A stretch of DNA of 64,000 nucleotides, from assembly GCA_021108075.1 (NCBI GenBank), contig JAIORP010000171.1, positions 68,041-132,040 on the forward strand, written 5' to 3'. This DNA comes from Candidatus Omnitrophota bacterium. GTDB taxonomy: Bacteria; Omnitrophota; Gorgyraeia; Zapsychrales; Zapsychraceae. Positions 19,626 to 30,000 of this stretch are shown here, piece by piece (the first letter of the stretch is position 1; every line of letters starts with the position of its first letter). Below the pieces are notes generated by a model, which did not search any database, had not been told where the DNA came from, and saw only the letters and a list, made by a program, of their open reading frames with translations. The position numbers and the translations under genes are program-made.

Positions 19626-20834
19626 TTAAGAGATAACCGTCATGATGCTTAAGATCGGCATAAAAAGTGCGATAACGATAAAACCGATGACAATACCTAA
19701 AACACCAATGATCAAAGGCTCAATGATACTCGTCAATCCTTCAACAGCAGCATCGACCTGGTCATCATAAAATTCAGCGATTTTTAACAACATTTTCTCT
19801 AATTGCCCGGACTTCTCCCCGATAGCAATCATGCGGGTCACCATGGGCGGGAACACCGTGCTTTTAATTAAAGGGGTTGCTAAACTTTCCCCTTCACGGA
19901 CGGAGTTTTTCACTTCATCAATAACTAATTCCAGGACACGATTTCCACTCGTCTTACCAACGATGTCTAAAGATTCCAGGATCGGAACCCCGCTTTGAAT
20001 TAAAGTGGATAATGTGCGGCTAAAACGGCTTATGGCCACCTTTCGAAACAGTTCTCCGAAGATCGGCATCCTGAGAATGAAATGATCTATCGCGAGCCTT
20101 CCTTTGTCTGTTTTGTATAGCCGTTTCATTAAAAAAACAAATGCGACAAGTGCCGCGATAACATACAACAAATAATGTTTCAAAACATTGCTGATGTTAA
20201 TTAAAAGTTGCGTCATCGCCGGAAGGTCTTTGTCGAAGGAATCATAAATACCAGCAAATGTTGGAACAACCTTAACCAACAAGACAACCGTGATGATAAG
20301 GGCCATGGAAACGACAACAGCTGGATAAATCATGGCGGATTTAACCTTGCGGACCAATTTTAATGTTTTTTCTAAATAACCGGAGATCCGATCCAACACA
20401 GCACTTAAGACCCCACCTGTTTCTCCGACTTTGACCATATTGACGAACAATGGATCAAAGACCGTTGGATGCTTAGAAAACGCCGCCGACAAACTGCTTC
20501 CATGTTGAATATCATCCCGCACCGTTGTTAAAACTTTTGAGAAATACGGATGTGATGTTTGGTCTTTCAGCGCATCCAGACCCTGCAAAATAGGAATCCC
20601 CGCTTCCACCATCGTCGCTAATTGCCGTGAGAAGATAACGATTTCATCGGCCTTAACTTTTTTTCTTTGAAAAAAAGATTTTCCTAAAGAAGATTCTTTG
20701 ACTTCTGTGACAGAAATAATTGTTAATTTTCTTTTTCTTAATGTGTCCAGGACAGCGGCCTTATTCTCGGCGGATATCTTACCCGTAACATTCCGGGCGC
20801 TTTCATCTTTGGCTACATATTTAAAGGTTCCCAT
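19626..20834 (-). CDS. pilC: Type IV pilus platform protein PilC/GspF
   Basis: FSRQLATMVEAGIP, GETGG, KVKSAMIYP, IGEKSGQL. Confidence 0.93.
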   Translation of the reverse strand: MGTFKYVAKDESARNVTGKISAENKAAVLDTLRKRKLTIISVTEVKESSLGKSFFQRKKVKADEIVIFSRQLATMVEAGIPILQGLDALKDQTSHPYFSKVLTTVRDDIQHGSSLSAAFSKHPTVFDPLFVNMVKVGETGGVLSAVLDRISGYLEKTLKLVRKVKSAMIYPAVVVSMALIITVVLLVKVVPTFAGIYDSFDKDLPAMTQLLINISNVLKHYLLYVIAALVAFVFLMKRLYKTDKGRLAIDHFILRMPIFGELFRKVAISRFSRTLSTLIQSGVPILESLDIVGKTSGNRVLELVIDEVKNSVREGESLATPLIKSTVFPPMVTRMIAIGEKSGQLEKMLLKIAEFYDDQVDAAVEGLTSIIEPLIIGVLGIVIGFIVIALFMPILSIMTVIS

Positions 20835-20893
20835 ATTATTCTTCTTACCCTTAAAAAATGTTAATAAAAAATTATTTCGTTTAGCAGATAAAA

Positions 20894-21346
20894 TCAGGCA
20901 TAACTACGTTCAATAGCACGTGTGATTTCACTCTTGGTGGAAATAAAAGCGGCAATCTGGCATTGGGTACAATCTTTAAATTCATTTTTTATAGAGCCAT
21001 CCATCGGATTGGCCATAACAATACTGATAATGTTTCCTTCCCTGGCAAAAGGCAACGCGCAGTATTCTAAGGCTTTATCTTTTGACACAAGACCAACAAT
21101 ACTCGGATCAATGGCCAATTTATCAACCGCGATATAGGGAAATTTTTTCTGTTCAATCAAAGCACAGACGACATCTTTCTCAGCGACATAACCCAGTCCT
21201 GTTAAAACTTCTCCAATAAATTGCTTGGATTCCTTTTGGATCAAAAGAGCATGCCGTAACTGTCGCTTGGCCAAGATGTTGCGGCCAACCAGAATTTCAC
21301 CTAACCGTTTATTTCTAGAGTTGCCAAATTGTACTGATTGCATCAT
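20894..21346 (-). CDS. Stand-alone MshEN (GspE N-terminal) domain protein
   Basis: RLGEILV...LxxALxxQ...IGEVL..LGYV, VMANP; no ATPase domain. Confidence 0.8.
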   Translation of the reverse strand: MMQSVQFGNSRNKRLGEILVGRNILAKRQLRHALLIQKESKQFIGEVLTGLGYVAEKDVVCALIEQKKFPYIAVDKLAIDPSIVGLVSKDKALEYCALPFAREGNIISIVMANPMDGSIKNEFKDCTQCQIAAFISTKSEITRAIERSYA

Positions 21347-21547
21347 GATAACCTTCTATGTTGGATATATTCTAACCCAGAAGAGCTCTTTCGCAAAGGA
21401 TGAACTGATATTTGTTTTTTACTTCCTATTGTTACAAACATATTTTAAAAATCCTCCTGAGCAACACTAATACTACTTTCAATTAAAGCATTTTTTTGCT
21501 TATTATGCAAAAAAACTTCTATCTGTCTAACGGAAAAACAAACGATA

Positions 21548-23296
21548 TTAGTCTTTTGAGGTTACCCTGAGAACCTCTTCCAGGGAGGTAACACCAGCAT
21601 AGGCCTTGTCCCAAACATCATCCCACAATGTATCCATCCCATTTGTTTTGCGGGCATACATCTTAATCGCGTCCGAGGATTCTCCTTTCAGCAACATCTC
21701 ACGAATGGGATCATCGACCACAAGCACCTCGGTGATTGATGTCCGCCCCAGGTAGCCCGTTTGCCGGCACATTTCACAACCTTTACCATAATAAAAGACA
21801 GCCCCCGGGCGGGGTGTCATCTTCAGTTCTTCAAACAAATCTCCAGGCGACTCCAGTGGTTCCTTGCAATTCGGACAAATCTTTCGGCACAACCGCTGGG
21901 CAGTGACTAAAATAATACTCGAAGCGACCAGAAAAGGCTCGACCCCCATATCAACCAAACGCGTCAAAGCACCGGAGGCGTCATTGGTGTGCAATGTGGA
22001 TAAAACAAGCTGCCCTGTCAAGGAAGCCTTGATCGAGATATCAGCTGTTTCGTTATCCCGAATTTCACCGACCATCACGATGTCGGGACTCTGACGTAAA
22101 ATAGCCCTTAAGCCTTCGGAAAAAGTGTAACCGATTTCCGCTTTCGTCTGGATTTGAGTCAGGCCGTCGACTAAATATTCGACCGGATCTTCAACCGTTA
22201 CAACGTTCTTGTCCGGGGTGTTCAGATCATTCAAAATGGAATACAACGTGGTTGACTTCCCGCTGCCTGTCGGACCGGTGACAAGGATCATGCCGAACGG
22301 CTTGTGGATACATTCATTGATCCATTTATAAGACTTCTCAGATATTCCCAGGCCCTCCAGACCAACCGACAGATTACCCTTATCAAGAATGCGCAGGACA
22401 ACTTTCTGGCCAAATGTGGTCGGCAGCAGCGAGACCCGAAAGTCAACTTCACGGTTAGCAATCTGCAACTTAAAGCGTCCGTCCTGTGGAACTTGATTCG
22501 CCGTAATATCTAAACGTGACATAATTTTAATACGGACCGTCACGGCATTTTGATTTTCTTTAGGGATTGTTAATATATCCAGCAAAGACCCGTCGATGCG
22601 ATAGCGCACGCGCATACAATCTACCATGGGTTCAATATGGATATCCGACGTCCGCTGCCGCAAAGCTTCTTTGATAATCAAATTCACCATTCGAATAATA
22701 GGGGCTTTTTCCCCTTCATCCGCTTTCGTGTCATCTCCGGTGACTTCGTCTTTCTCTGAAACAATTTCGAAATCTCCAAGCTGAATGTCTTTCGTGAGCT
22801 CGTTCACACTAGCCCTGTTTTCGGTACCATAAAAAACATCTAATGCTTTTATAATATCACTGGTCGGGCTCATAACCAGATCGACATCCCTTCCGGTAAT
22901 ATTTTTCAAATCATCGACCAAGAAAATGTTTAACGGATCGGATGTTGCAATTGTAATGGTATATTGAAGGGCCGATAACGGAATAATTTGATACTGCCGG
23001 GCGACTCTCGCAGATATAACCTCCTGCAAGGACGGATCAATTTTATATTTATTGAGGTTGATGAACGGAATGTTCAACTCCTGGACCAAAAAAGATAAGA
23101 CGTCCTCTTCTTTAATAGCTCCGCTTTCAATCAAGGCTTTATCCAGACCGATGTTCTTCCTCTTCTGTATGATCCTTGCCTTATCAACATCTTCTTTCTT
23201 GATCTGCATAGCATTGATCAGTTTATCGACGACATTATCTCTTAAATATTGTGATGACATAAAATTATCTACATTTCGGTTTAAGGTTGAAATCAT
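21548..23296 (-). CDS. pilB: PilB/GspE assembly ATPase (paralog 2)
   Basis: SDIHIEP, PQDGR, GPTGSGKST, TVEDPVE, LRQSPD, STLHTND, tetra-Cys motif. Confidence 0.9.
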   Translation of the reverse strand: MISTLNRNVDNFMSSQYLRDNVVDKLINAMQIKKEDVDKARIIQKRKNIGLDKALIESGAIKEEDVLSFLVQELNIPFINLNKYKIDPSLQEVISARVARQYQIIPLSALQYTITIATSDPLNIFLVDDLKNITGRDVDLVMSPTSDIIKALDVFYGTENRASVNELTKDIQLGDFEIVSEKDEVTGDDTKADEGEKAPIIRMVNLIIKEALRQRTSDIHIEPMVDCMRVRYRIDGSLLDILTIPKENQNAVTVRIKIMSRLDITANQVPQDGRFKLQIANREVDFRVSLLPTTFGQKVVLRILDKGNLSVGLEGLGISEKSYKWINECIHKPFGMILVTGPTGSGKSTTLYSILNDLNTPDKNVVTVEDPVEYLVDGLTQIQTKAEIGYTFSEGLRAILRQSPDIVMVGEIRDNETADISIKASLTGQLVLSTLHTNDASGALTRLVDMGVEPFLVASSIILVTAQRLCRKICPNCKEPLESPGDLFEELKMTPRPGAVFYYGKGCEMCRQTGYLGRTSITEVLVVDDPIREMLLKGESSDAIKMYARKTNGMDTLWDDVWDKAYAGVTSLEEVLRVTSKD

Positions 23297-23343
23297 TTAT
23301 AATCATATCTCAATCTTATTGACTAAAAATAAAAGTCCGGTCA

Positions 23344-25092
23344 TTACTGTTCCGAGCCATCTGGAGCAGTGATCCGCAAAACCTCTTCTAAGGTCGTTAA
23401 TCCCTGATAGGCCTTGATCAAACCATCTGCCCGCATGGTTGTCATGCCTTCCTTCTGGGCCTGAGCCTTAATCAGCATTTCACTTTCTCTGGCGAGTATC
23501 ATTTCTTTCACTTTTGTGGTTAACAACAGAATCTCCGTGATACCGACCCGGCCTTTATACCCTGTGTTGAAGCAGGCCTTGCATCCCTTTCCGCGGCTCA
23601 GCTCAATATCGCCGTGCGGATATATACTCCGCAGACCAACCCGCCTGGCAACTGCCTCTTGCAGGATATACGTCTCTTTACATTTCGCACAAATCCTCCT
23701 CAATAATCTTTGGGCAATGATCACTAAGACGGAGGAACAAATCAGAAACGGCTCAATCCCCATATTCTCCATTCGAACGATCGATCCCGCCGCTGTCGTC
23801 GTATGCAAAGAACTTAAAACAAGGTGACCGGTTAAGGCCGCTTTTACGGCAATGTCTAATGTGGTGGCATCCCGAATCTCTCCGATCATGATAATATCCG
23901 GATCCTGCCTTAAAATGGACCGCAGGGCCCCGGGGAAAGTCAAGCCCAAAGCTGGTTTTATGTTGACCTGGTTGATACCTTTCATTTGATACTCGACCGG
24001 GTCTTCAACCGTAACAATATTTTTTTCAGGTGAATCAACAAAATTCAATATGGAATAAAGCGTTGTGGTCTTCCCGCTGCCCGTCGGCCCGCATGTCAGG
24101 ATAAGACCATGAGGTTTGATCGAAGCATCCTTTAACCTTCTTAATGAATCCGGTTCGAAACCCAACTTCTCAACATCCAAAACAGCTCCGCTCTGGTCTA
24201 ATATACGCAGACAAACTTTCTCCCCAATGATCGTCGGCAACACATTAACACGAAAATCGACGGAGCGGCCACCCGACAATATCGTCTTAAACCGACCATC
24301 TTGCGGCAGGCGGTGTTCCGAGATATCCAAACTCGAGATAACTTTTATGCGAGAGACAATGGGCGGCAATAAAACCTTGGTCATGCGGTCAATCTCTCTA
24401 ATAATCCCGTCGATCCGGTAACGTACCCTCATAACTGTTTCTAGTGGCTCAATAAAAACGTCACTCGCCTTGGCCATTACGGCCTGTTGGATGATCGTGT
24501 CCGTCAATTTTATGATGGGTGCTTCCTCGGTAATTTCTTCAATCCCGCCCTGGTGCGAGGTGTGCTGCAAATCTTTGACAAGCTCCAAATCACCCGTGTC
24601 CTGAATATCTTTCATAATCGCGTTAAACGCTTCATGCGTGTCCTGAGGCGCTTCTTCCTCCTCAGCATAATACTTCTTAATCGTTTCAACGATATCTTTG
24701 GACTTACTGATAATCGGATTAATCGTATACCCCGTCAAGGCCTTAACATTATCAATCACAAAAATATTTAATGGATCGGCCATGGCCAGGGTTAAGTTTT
24801 CACCAATTAAAGAAATGGGAATAATTTGATATTTCACGGCAATATCTTTTGGAATGGCGGCAATGACGTCGGCATCAATCTTTAATCGGCTGATACTGAT
24901 TGGAGGGAATCCTAAGCCTTCGCTAAGCACTTGAGTCAGAACATCTTCATCAATTAAATTCATCTTGATTAAAATTTTACTTAACTCTCCACCATTATTT
25001 TCTTGTTCGGCTAAAGCTCGCTGAAGGTCTTCGTGTGATATGAAATTATCACGAATCAATATTTCTTGTAATATATTTTTTAATGAGGCCAT
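23344..25092 (-). CDS. pilB: PilB/GspE assembly ATPase (paralog 1)
   Basis: PQDGR, GPTGSGKTT, TVEDPVE, LRQDPD, SSLHT, tetra-Cys motif. Confidence 0.9.
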   Translation of the reverse strand: MASLKNILQEILIRDNFISHEDLQRALAEQENNGGELSKILIKMNLIDEDVLTQVLSEGLGFPPISISRLKIDADVIAAIPKDIAVKYQIIPISLIGENLTLAMADPLNIFVIDNVKALTGYTINPIISKSKDIVETIKKYYAEEEEAPQDTHEAFNAIMKDIQDTGDLELVKDLQHTSHQGGIEEITEEAPIIKLTDTIIQQAVMAKASDVFIEPLETVMRVRYRIDGIIREIDRMTKVLLPPIVSRIKVISSLDISEHRLPQDGRFKTILSGGRSVDFRVNVLPTIIGEKVCLRILDQSGAVLDVEKLGFEPDSLRRLKDASIKPHGLILTCGPTGSGKTTTLYSILNFVDSPEKNIVTVEDPVEYQMKGINQVNIKPALGLTFPGALRSILRQDPDIIMIGEIRDATTLDIAVKAALTGHLVLSSLHTTTAAGSIVRMENMGIEPFLICSSVLVIIAQRLLRRICAKCKETYILQEAVARRVGLRSIYPHGDIELSRGKGCKACFNTGYKGRVGITEILLLTTKVKEMILARESEMLIKAQAQKEGMTTMRADGLIKAYQGLTTLEEVLRITAPDGSEQ

Positions 25093-25095
25093 GCT

Positions 25096-25542
25096 TTACG
25101 ATTGATAGTATTTCTCAATACATTGTTTGATATCGCTCGTTGTTGCGACAAAAACCTGGACCATACATTCCGTTAGCGCCTCAACGTCTTGCGCGGCCTG
25201 AAAATTCAGAGGATTTGCCATGGCAATAGTTAAACTCCTGCCTATTTTATCAATAGGAATGAGACAATATTTTAAACAAACTTCTTTGGGAACCGTTGAT
25301 GTGAGTTCCGCATCAATTTCATAACTCGCCAAGGGCAAATAAGGGAATCCGTATTGACAGGTTAATGCCTGCGCGATATCCTTCTCCGTTGCATATTTCA
25401 ATTCGACCAGAATCTCACCGATTAATCCCCCGTGTTTCTTTTGATACTCGATGGCATTATCTATCTGTTCTCTCGAAATGACGCCCCGCTCCAAAAGGAG
25501 TTCACCTAAAGGTTTAGTGGTTGTTTTCTTGAAATACTTCAT
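25096..25542 (-). CDS. Stand-alone MshEN (GspE N-terminal) domain protein
   Basis: KPLGELLLERGVIS...AIEYQ...LIGEILVEL, IAMANPLN; stop 3 nt before the pilB start. Confidence 0.85.
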   Translation of the reverse strand: MKYFKKTTTKPLGELLLERGVISREQIDNAIEYQKKHGGLIGEILVELKYATEKDIAQALTCQYGFPYLPLASYEIDAELTSTVPKEVCLKYCLIPIDKIGRSLTIAMANPLNFQAAQDVEALTECMVQVFVATTSDIKQCIEKYYQS

Positions 25543-25725
25543 ACGATCCTAATAAATTAAATATTTTAATAATAATATATATAATAGTTAATTAATTGTA
25601 CTATAGTTAAACTTTTGAAACAATTAAAAAGATTGCTTATATTTTGTCACAAAATGTAATTTTTCAATATATTTTTTATTTATTTTTATAAACCTCTATC
25701 CTTAGTCTAATCAAACACGAGTGGA

Positions 25726-25764
25726 AACCCCACGGGTAAACCTATGGTATGCTGCCCTTCGGGC
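25726..25764. repeat. REP-like double hairpin downstream of rodA
   Basis: CCACGGG-TAAA-CCTATGG imperfect stem followed by GCCC-TTC-GGGC; a GC island in AT-rich intergenic DNA. Confidence 0.45.
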
Positions 25765-25806
25765 TTAATAAAATTTCCTTGTTTTTGGAAATCCGCTTGT
25801 GCCTGG

Positions 25807-26913
25807 CTAAAGAACTGTCCTCTTCTTGCTGAGATTGATTAAAAAACCCATCATAATAATAAAGACCAAAAAAGAGGAGCGCCCATAACTCACCAACGGC
25901 AGAGTTAAACCGACAACAGGAAAAAGCCCGATGACCATCCCAATATTGATCACCACTTGCAATGTTAGAATAGAAACAATACCAACTGTTACCAGGACCC
26001 CGAACTTGTCCTTTATTTTTAAGGCGATTTTCAGGCCATTATGGATCAGCAAAAAATACAAGCAAACTAAAAAACATGTTCCGATCAAGCCCCATTCCTC
26101 CCCGATTACGGAAAAAATAAAGTCGGTATGCCTCTCAGGCAAAAAATTCAATTGATTCTGTGTGCCGGCCAACCATCCTTTGCCAAGCAGGCGGCCTGAC
26201 CCGATGGCAATCTTTGACTGAATAATCGTGTAACCAGCGCCAAGGGGGTCGATATTGGGATTCAAAAAAACCAACAAACGATCTTTTTGGTACGGTTTCA
26301 AGAATCTCCAGCCGATAGGGATAAAACTGACACATAGGATGATAAAACCAATAAAATACCGGTAGGCTGTTCCATGAGCAAAACATATGACCAAAAAAAT
26401 ACCAAACAATAGCAATGCCGTGCCAAGATCAGGCTGCTTAAAGATGAGAAACATCAATATTGTCGTTAGCATAAAGGGCAATAAAATATCCCTGAATATA
26501 ATTTGGGTGCGATTGATAAAACCAAAGGTTAAATTCGATTGTCGATTTGCATAATACCGCCCTAACAGTAAAATGACAGACAATTTTGTCAGCTCAGAGG
26601 GTTGGAAGCTAAGGGGTCCCACCTGAAGCCATCGCCTGGCGCCAAGCGCATGGCGGCCCCCGATCAAAACAATCAACAATAATAAAATATTTATGCCATA
26701 AAAAATATATGCGATATCATAAAAACGGCGATAATCAATGCGGCCGATGACATACATCAAAACAAGGCCCAGGATTGCCATGGCCAACTGATCCCAAAAG
26801 ACCTTCTGGGGAACGCGAACATTCTGGCAGGACGCGCTATACAACGCGAGCAGTCCCATAGCCATAATAAGACTCGTAAAAATCCAAATCCGTTTTGTCC
26901 GGTTTTTTTCCAT
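25807..26913 (-). CDS. rodA: Rod shape-determining protein RodA
   Basis: GARRW, FQPSE, QPDLGT, GYTIIQSKIAIGSG, PERHTDFIF, LPLVSYG. Confidence 0.95.
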   Translation of the reverse strand: MEKNRTKRIWIFTSLIMAMGLLALYSASCQNVRVPQKVFWDQLAMAILGLVLMYVIGRIDYRRFYDIAYIFYGINILLLLIVLIGGRHALGARRWLQVGPLSFQPSELTKLSVILLLGRYYANRQSNLTFGFINRTQIIFRDILLPFMLTTILMFLIFKQPDLGTALLLFGIFLVICFAHGTAYRYFIGFIILCVSFIPIGWRFLKPYQKDRLLVFLNPNIDPLGAGYTIIQSKIAIGSGRLLGKGWLAGTQNQLNFLPERHTDFIFSVIGEEWGLIGTCFLVCLYFLLIHNGLKIALKIKDKFGVLVTVGIVSILTLQVVINIGMVIGLFPVVGLTLPLVSYGRSSFLVFIIMMGFLINLSKKRTVL

Positions 26914-26919
26914 AATTTA

Positions 26920-26999
26920 TACCAAATCCATTAATAAATTGCTCTATCTTAATTCTGAAAAGCAGAATTAATTTTTGTCATTATTTGATGGAATTGGTA
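26920..26999. mobile_element. MITE-like element, subfamily A-short, 80 bp
   Basis: TACCAAATCCATTAA...GATGGAATTGGTA; TTA on both flanks; lacks the central 22 bp of the 102-bp form. Confidence 0.88.
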
Positions 27000-27010
27000 T
27001 TATATAAACA

Positions 27011-28693
27011 TTATAACAATTTCATCGTTTTCATTCTGATCAACATCTCACGTGCAATCAAGTTCGCATTATGACTGGAACCCCCATGTTCCAAGAAGAC
27101 ACAAAAAACAATATCCCGTCCCCGCCCACTTGTATAACCGACAAACCAGGCGTGGTCTTCTTTATTCCCGGAAGTCTGCGCCGTTCCCGTCTTCCCGCTC
27201 ACGCGAATGTCAGATAAATGCAGTTCATGAGCTGTTCCGGAAAACTCTTTGACGGTCGCGCGCATCCCTTGTTTCACAGCATCAAATATTTCACTGGAAA
27301 TTTTCAGTTCACGAGAAAAATTAAAATCTTCAACATCATGATCCATAACGGACTTTAATACGTGCGGTTGCAAAATACGGCCTTCATTAGCCACGGTGGC
27401 CATCACATGAAGCAACTGCAAAGGGGTTGTCAGCAAGTCCCCCTGCCCGATCGAATAGTTCAGCGTGTCACCAGCATACCATCGTTTCCGACGGGAAAGA
27501 ATGCCCCGGTTGCGGTATGGGACATAACCGCTCTTTTCATACGGCAAGTCAATATGGGTCACCTGTCCTAATCCAAACAAGTGTGCGTATTGCCCAATAA
27601 TATCCGCGCCTAAAATAAGGCCGATGCGATAAAAATAAACATTACAGGAATGCCCAATGGCTTCAAACATATTCTGCGGCCCATGAACATGTGTGCATCG
27701 GAAATGACGATTACCGACTTCATGATATCCATTACAGATAAAAGTTGTATGCTTTGTTATTTTTTCCTTATCTAAAGCGGCAATCGCGACCAGTATTTTA
27801 AAGACAGAGCCCGGAGGATATAATCCCTGTATAACACGGTTGAGAAACGGTGACCGCGGATCTTTTGTCGTCCTTGTGTTGGGATCATAAGCCGGCGAAC
27901 TAACCATCCCTAAAATTTCCCCATTGGCCTTATCCATGATGACAATGGCTCCAGGGCGGCTATCCAGCAAAGATGTTAAAAGCTGCTGCAATTTGACATC
28001 AATCGTTAATGAGATATCCTGTCCTTTTTGAGGCGCTTTATAACTCAACAGGCGCACTTGTTGCCCGCGACTATTCACTTCCACCTGAATCCCGCCTTCT
28101 GATCCCTTCAGGAAGGAATTGTAATACTCTTCCGCCCCCAGCTTACCGACGACATGAAGGGGGGAATAACCGTATTCCTGAAACCGTTCCCTATCGGAAA
28201 GGTTGACTTTCCCGACAAAACCTAAAACATGAGCGCTGTCCTTGCCATAGGGATAAAGCCGTTTGAAGCCTTTCTGAATCATCATGCTTGGAAAACGATA
28301 TTTGTTCTCTTCAATAATGATCGCCTTTGCCCGGGGTATATTTTCAGCAACCGCGACCGGGGCGAAGGGCGCCGATTTGCGTTGACGATAACGTTTAATC
28401 AACTTCTCTTTATTCTTACCCAGCACATCACTGATGTATTGAAAGACCTGGTCGAAATCCGCGATATCTTGCGGAGTGACAACAACATCATAAGAAATTG
28501 TATTATCGGCCAGAACCATCCCGTTGCGGTCCTTAATACGTCCGCGCCAGCCTTCCAAGGGAACCACCCGTATACGATTATTCGTGCTCAATCGATAATA
28601 CAGATTCCCCTTGAAGATCTGCACATAAAACAAATCACCGAGAATAACGATAAACAGGATAATTATGACAACACGAATAATTTGGAGACGCAT
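27011..28693 (-). CDS. mrdA: Penicillin-binding protein 2
   Basis: RGRIKDRNG, PGSVFK (SxxK), SCN, KTGT. Confidence 0.94.
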   Translation of the reverse strand: MRLQIIRVVIIILFIVILGDLFYVQIFKGNLYYRLSTNNRIRVVPLEGWRGRIKDRNGMVLADNTISYDVVVTPQDIADFDQVFQYISDVLGKNKEKLIKRYRQRKSAPFAPVAVAENIPRAKAIIIEENKYRFPSMMIQKGFKRLYPYGKDSAHVLGFVGKVNLSDRERFQEYGYSPLHVVGKLGAEEYYNSFLKGSEGGIQVEVNSRGQQVRLLSYKAPQKGQDISLTIDVKLQQLLTSLLDSRPGAIVIMDKANGEILGMVSSPAYDPNTRTTKDPRSPFLNRVIQGLYPPGSVFKILVAIAALDKEKITKHTTFICNGYHEVGNRHFRCTHVHGPQNMFEAIGHSCNVYFYRIGLILGADIIGQYAHLFGLGQVTHIDLPYEKSGYVPYRNRGILSRRKRWYAGDTLNYSIGQGDLLTTPLQLLHVMATVANEGRILQPHVLKSVMDHDVEDFNFSRELKISSEIFDAVKQGMRATVKEFSGTAHELHLSDIRVSGKTGTAQTSGNKEDHAWFVGYTSGRGRDIVFCVFLEHGGSSHNANLIAREMLIRMKTMKLL

Positions 28694-29154
28694 TTTTCTA
28701 ATTGTTTAAAGATAAATGGGGCTAAGAATAATGTTAGTAATAATTCGGGTACTAATATAAATCTGAATGCATCGACAAAACTGATGGCATCATTGGCTAA
28801 ATATATAAAATATTGGACAAAAAAATTCAGAATCACACAAATAAACACGACCAAAAGGCGTGAAGATGGGGATCCTCGACGATAAACATGCTTTATGATC
28901 AGAGTTAGAGCGTAGGAACAGATCAAAAATGAATAAAGATTAAATCCAAACATATCCGCGCTGAAAGAATCCTTAATAAGCCCCGCGACAATTGCCGCGA
29001 AAAGAGAGGTGTTCCTTCCCATGGCAAGGTGAACGAATATAATGATAAGCATTAAAATATTTGGCATCCATCGTTCATCAAAGCAGTTGAAAATAATGAA
29101 CTCCAAGACGTATCCAATAATAATAAAAATAAAAACAAAAAAGAATTTTTTCAT
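28663..29154 (-). CDS. mreD: Rod shape-determining protein MreD
   Basis: Hydrophobic 163 aa, GLIKD motif, between mreC and mrdA. Confidence 0.85.
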   Translation of the reverse strand: MKKFFFVFIFIIIGYVLEFIIFNCFDERWMPNILMLIIIFVHLAMGRNTSLFAAIVAGLIKDSFSADMFGFNLYSFLICSYALTLIIKHVYRRGSPSSRLLVVFICVILNFFVQYFIYLANDAISFVDAFRFILVPELLLTLFLAPFIFKQLEKCVSKLFVLS

Positions 29155-29155
29155 A

Positions 29156-29941
29156 TTATTTAATCAAAACCAAAACTTCTTCGACTTGAGACAATTGGAC
29201 GGCTGGATGAACAAGACAGATAATGGAGCCGGACTGCTGATCATCTTCAATGTGAATAACTTCACCAATGACCAGGCTTTCCGGGAATGACGAACTTAAT
29301 TTTGAGGTGATAACGATATCTCCAATATTGATCCGAGCATCTTCATCGACATACGTCATGCGACAAACACCCTGCAATGTTCCGGAGACCAAACCACTTT
29401 CTCTCGGCCGCTGCACCAGCGCAGCAACACTAAACCTGGGATCTGTAATCAAAATAACTTTACTGGTCTTATCACTAACCTCGGCTATTTTTCCAACAAT
29501 GCCCTGGGAGCTAACAACTGCCATACCCTGCTTTATGCCATCCACGCCGCCTTTGTCGATCACAAAAGTGGCATTCCAGTTAGAGGGATCACGGCCAACG
29601 ACATTTGCCCCGACAGAAGAATAAATTAATTCCCGTTTAAATTCTAATAAGCGTTCCAAACGGGCATTTTCAACAATGACTTCTTCGAATCCCACTAACC
29701 GGGCCCGCAAGACCTCAACTTCTTTCCTTAATTTTTTATATTCTTTGAAAGTCCGATGATAATAAACCATCTTCTTGACTTCATAAACGGGGGAAGAAAA
29801 AAAAATGACGGGCCCGGACAACAAATCAATAATTTTAAATTTTAAGGACGCGAAAGGATATAAGCGGCTAAAAACAATCGTAATCATAACCAACAGCAAA
29901 ATAAAATAGACAATATTCTTTTGATTATCTTTTAGTAACAT
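29156..29941 (-). CDS. mreC: Rod shape-determining protein MreC
   Basis: ENARLERLL, IDKG..DGI, GIVGKI, GDIVITS. Confidence 0.92.
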   Translation of the reverse strand: MLLKDNQKNIVYFILLLVMITIVFSRLYPFASLKFKIIDLLSGPVIFFSSPVYEVKKMVYYHRTFKEYKKLRKEVEVLRARLVGFEEVIVENARLERLLEFKRELIYSSVGANVVGRDPSNWNATFVIDKGGVDGIKQGMAVVSSQGIVGKIAEVSDKTSKVILITDPRFSVAALVQRPRESGLVSGTLQGVCRMTYVDEDARINIGDIVITSKLSSSFPESLVIGEVIHIEDDQQSGSIICLVHPAVQLSQVEEVLVLIK

Positions 29942-30000
29942 GATTCGTTGTTTGAATGGTTTGATATGATGATTCGCAACAAATGGTTAAAAGAAAAAAA

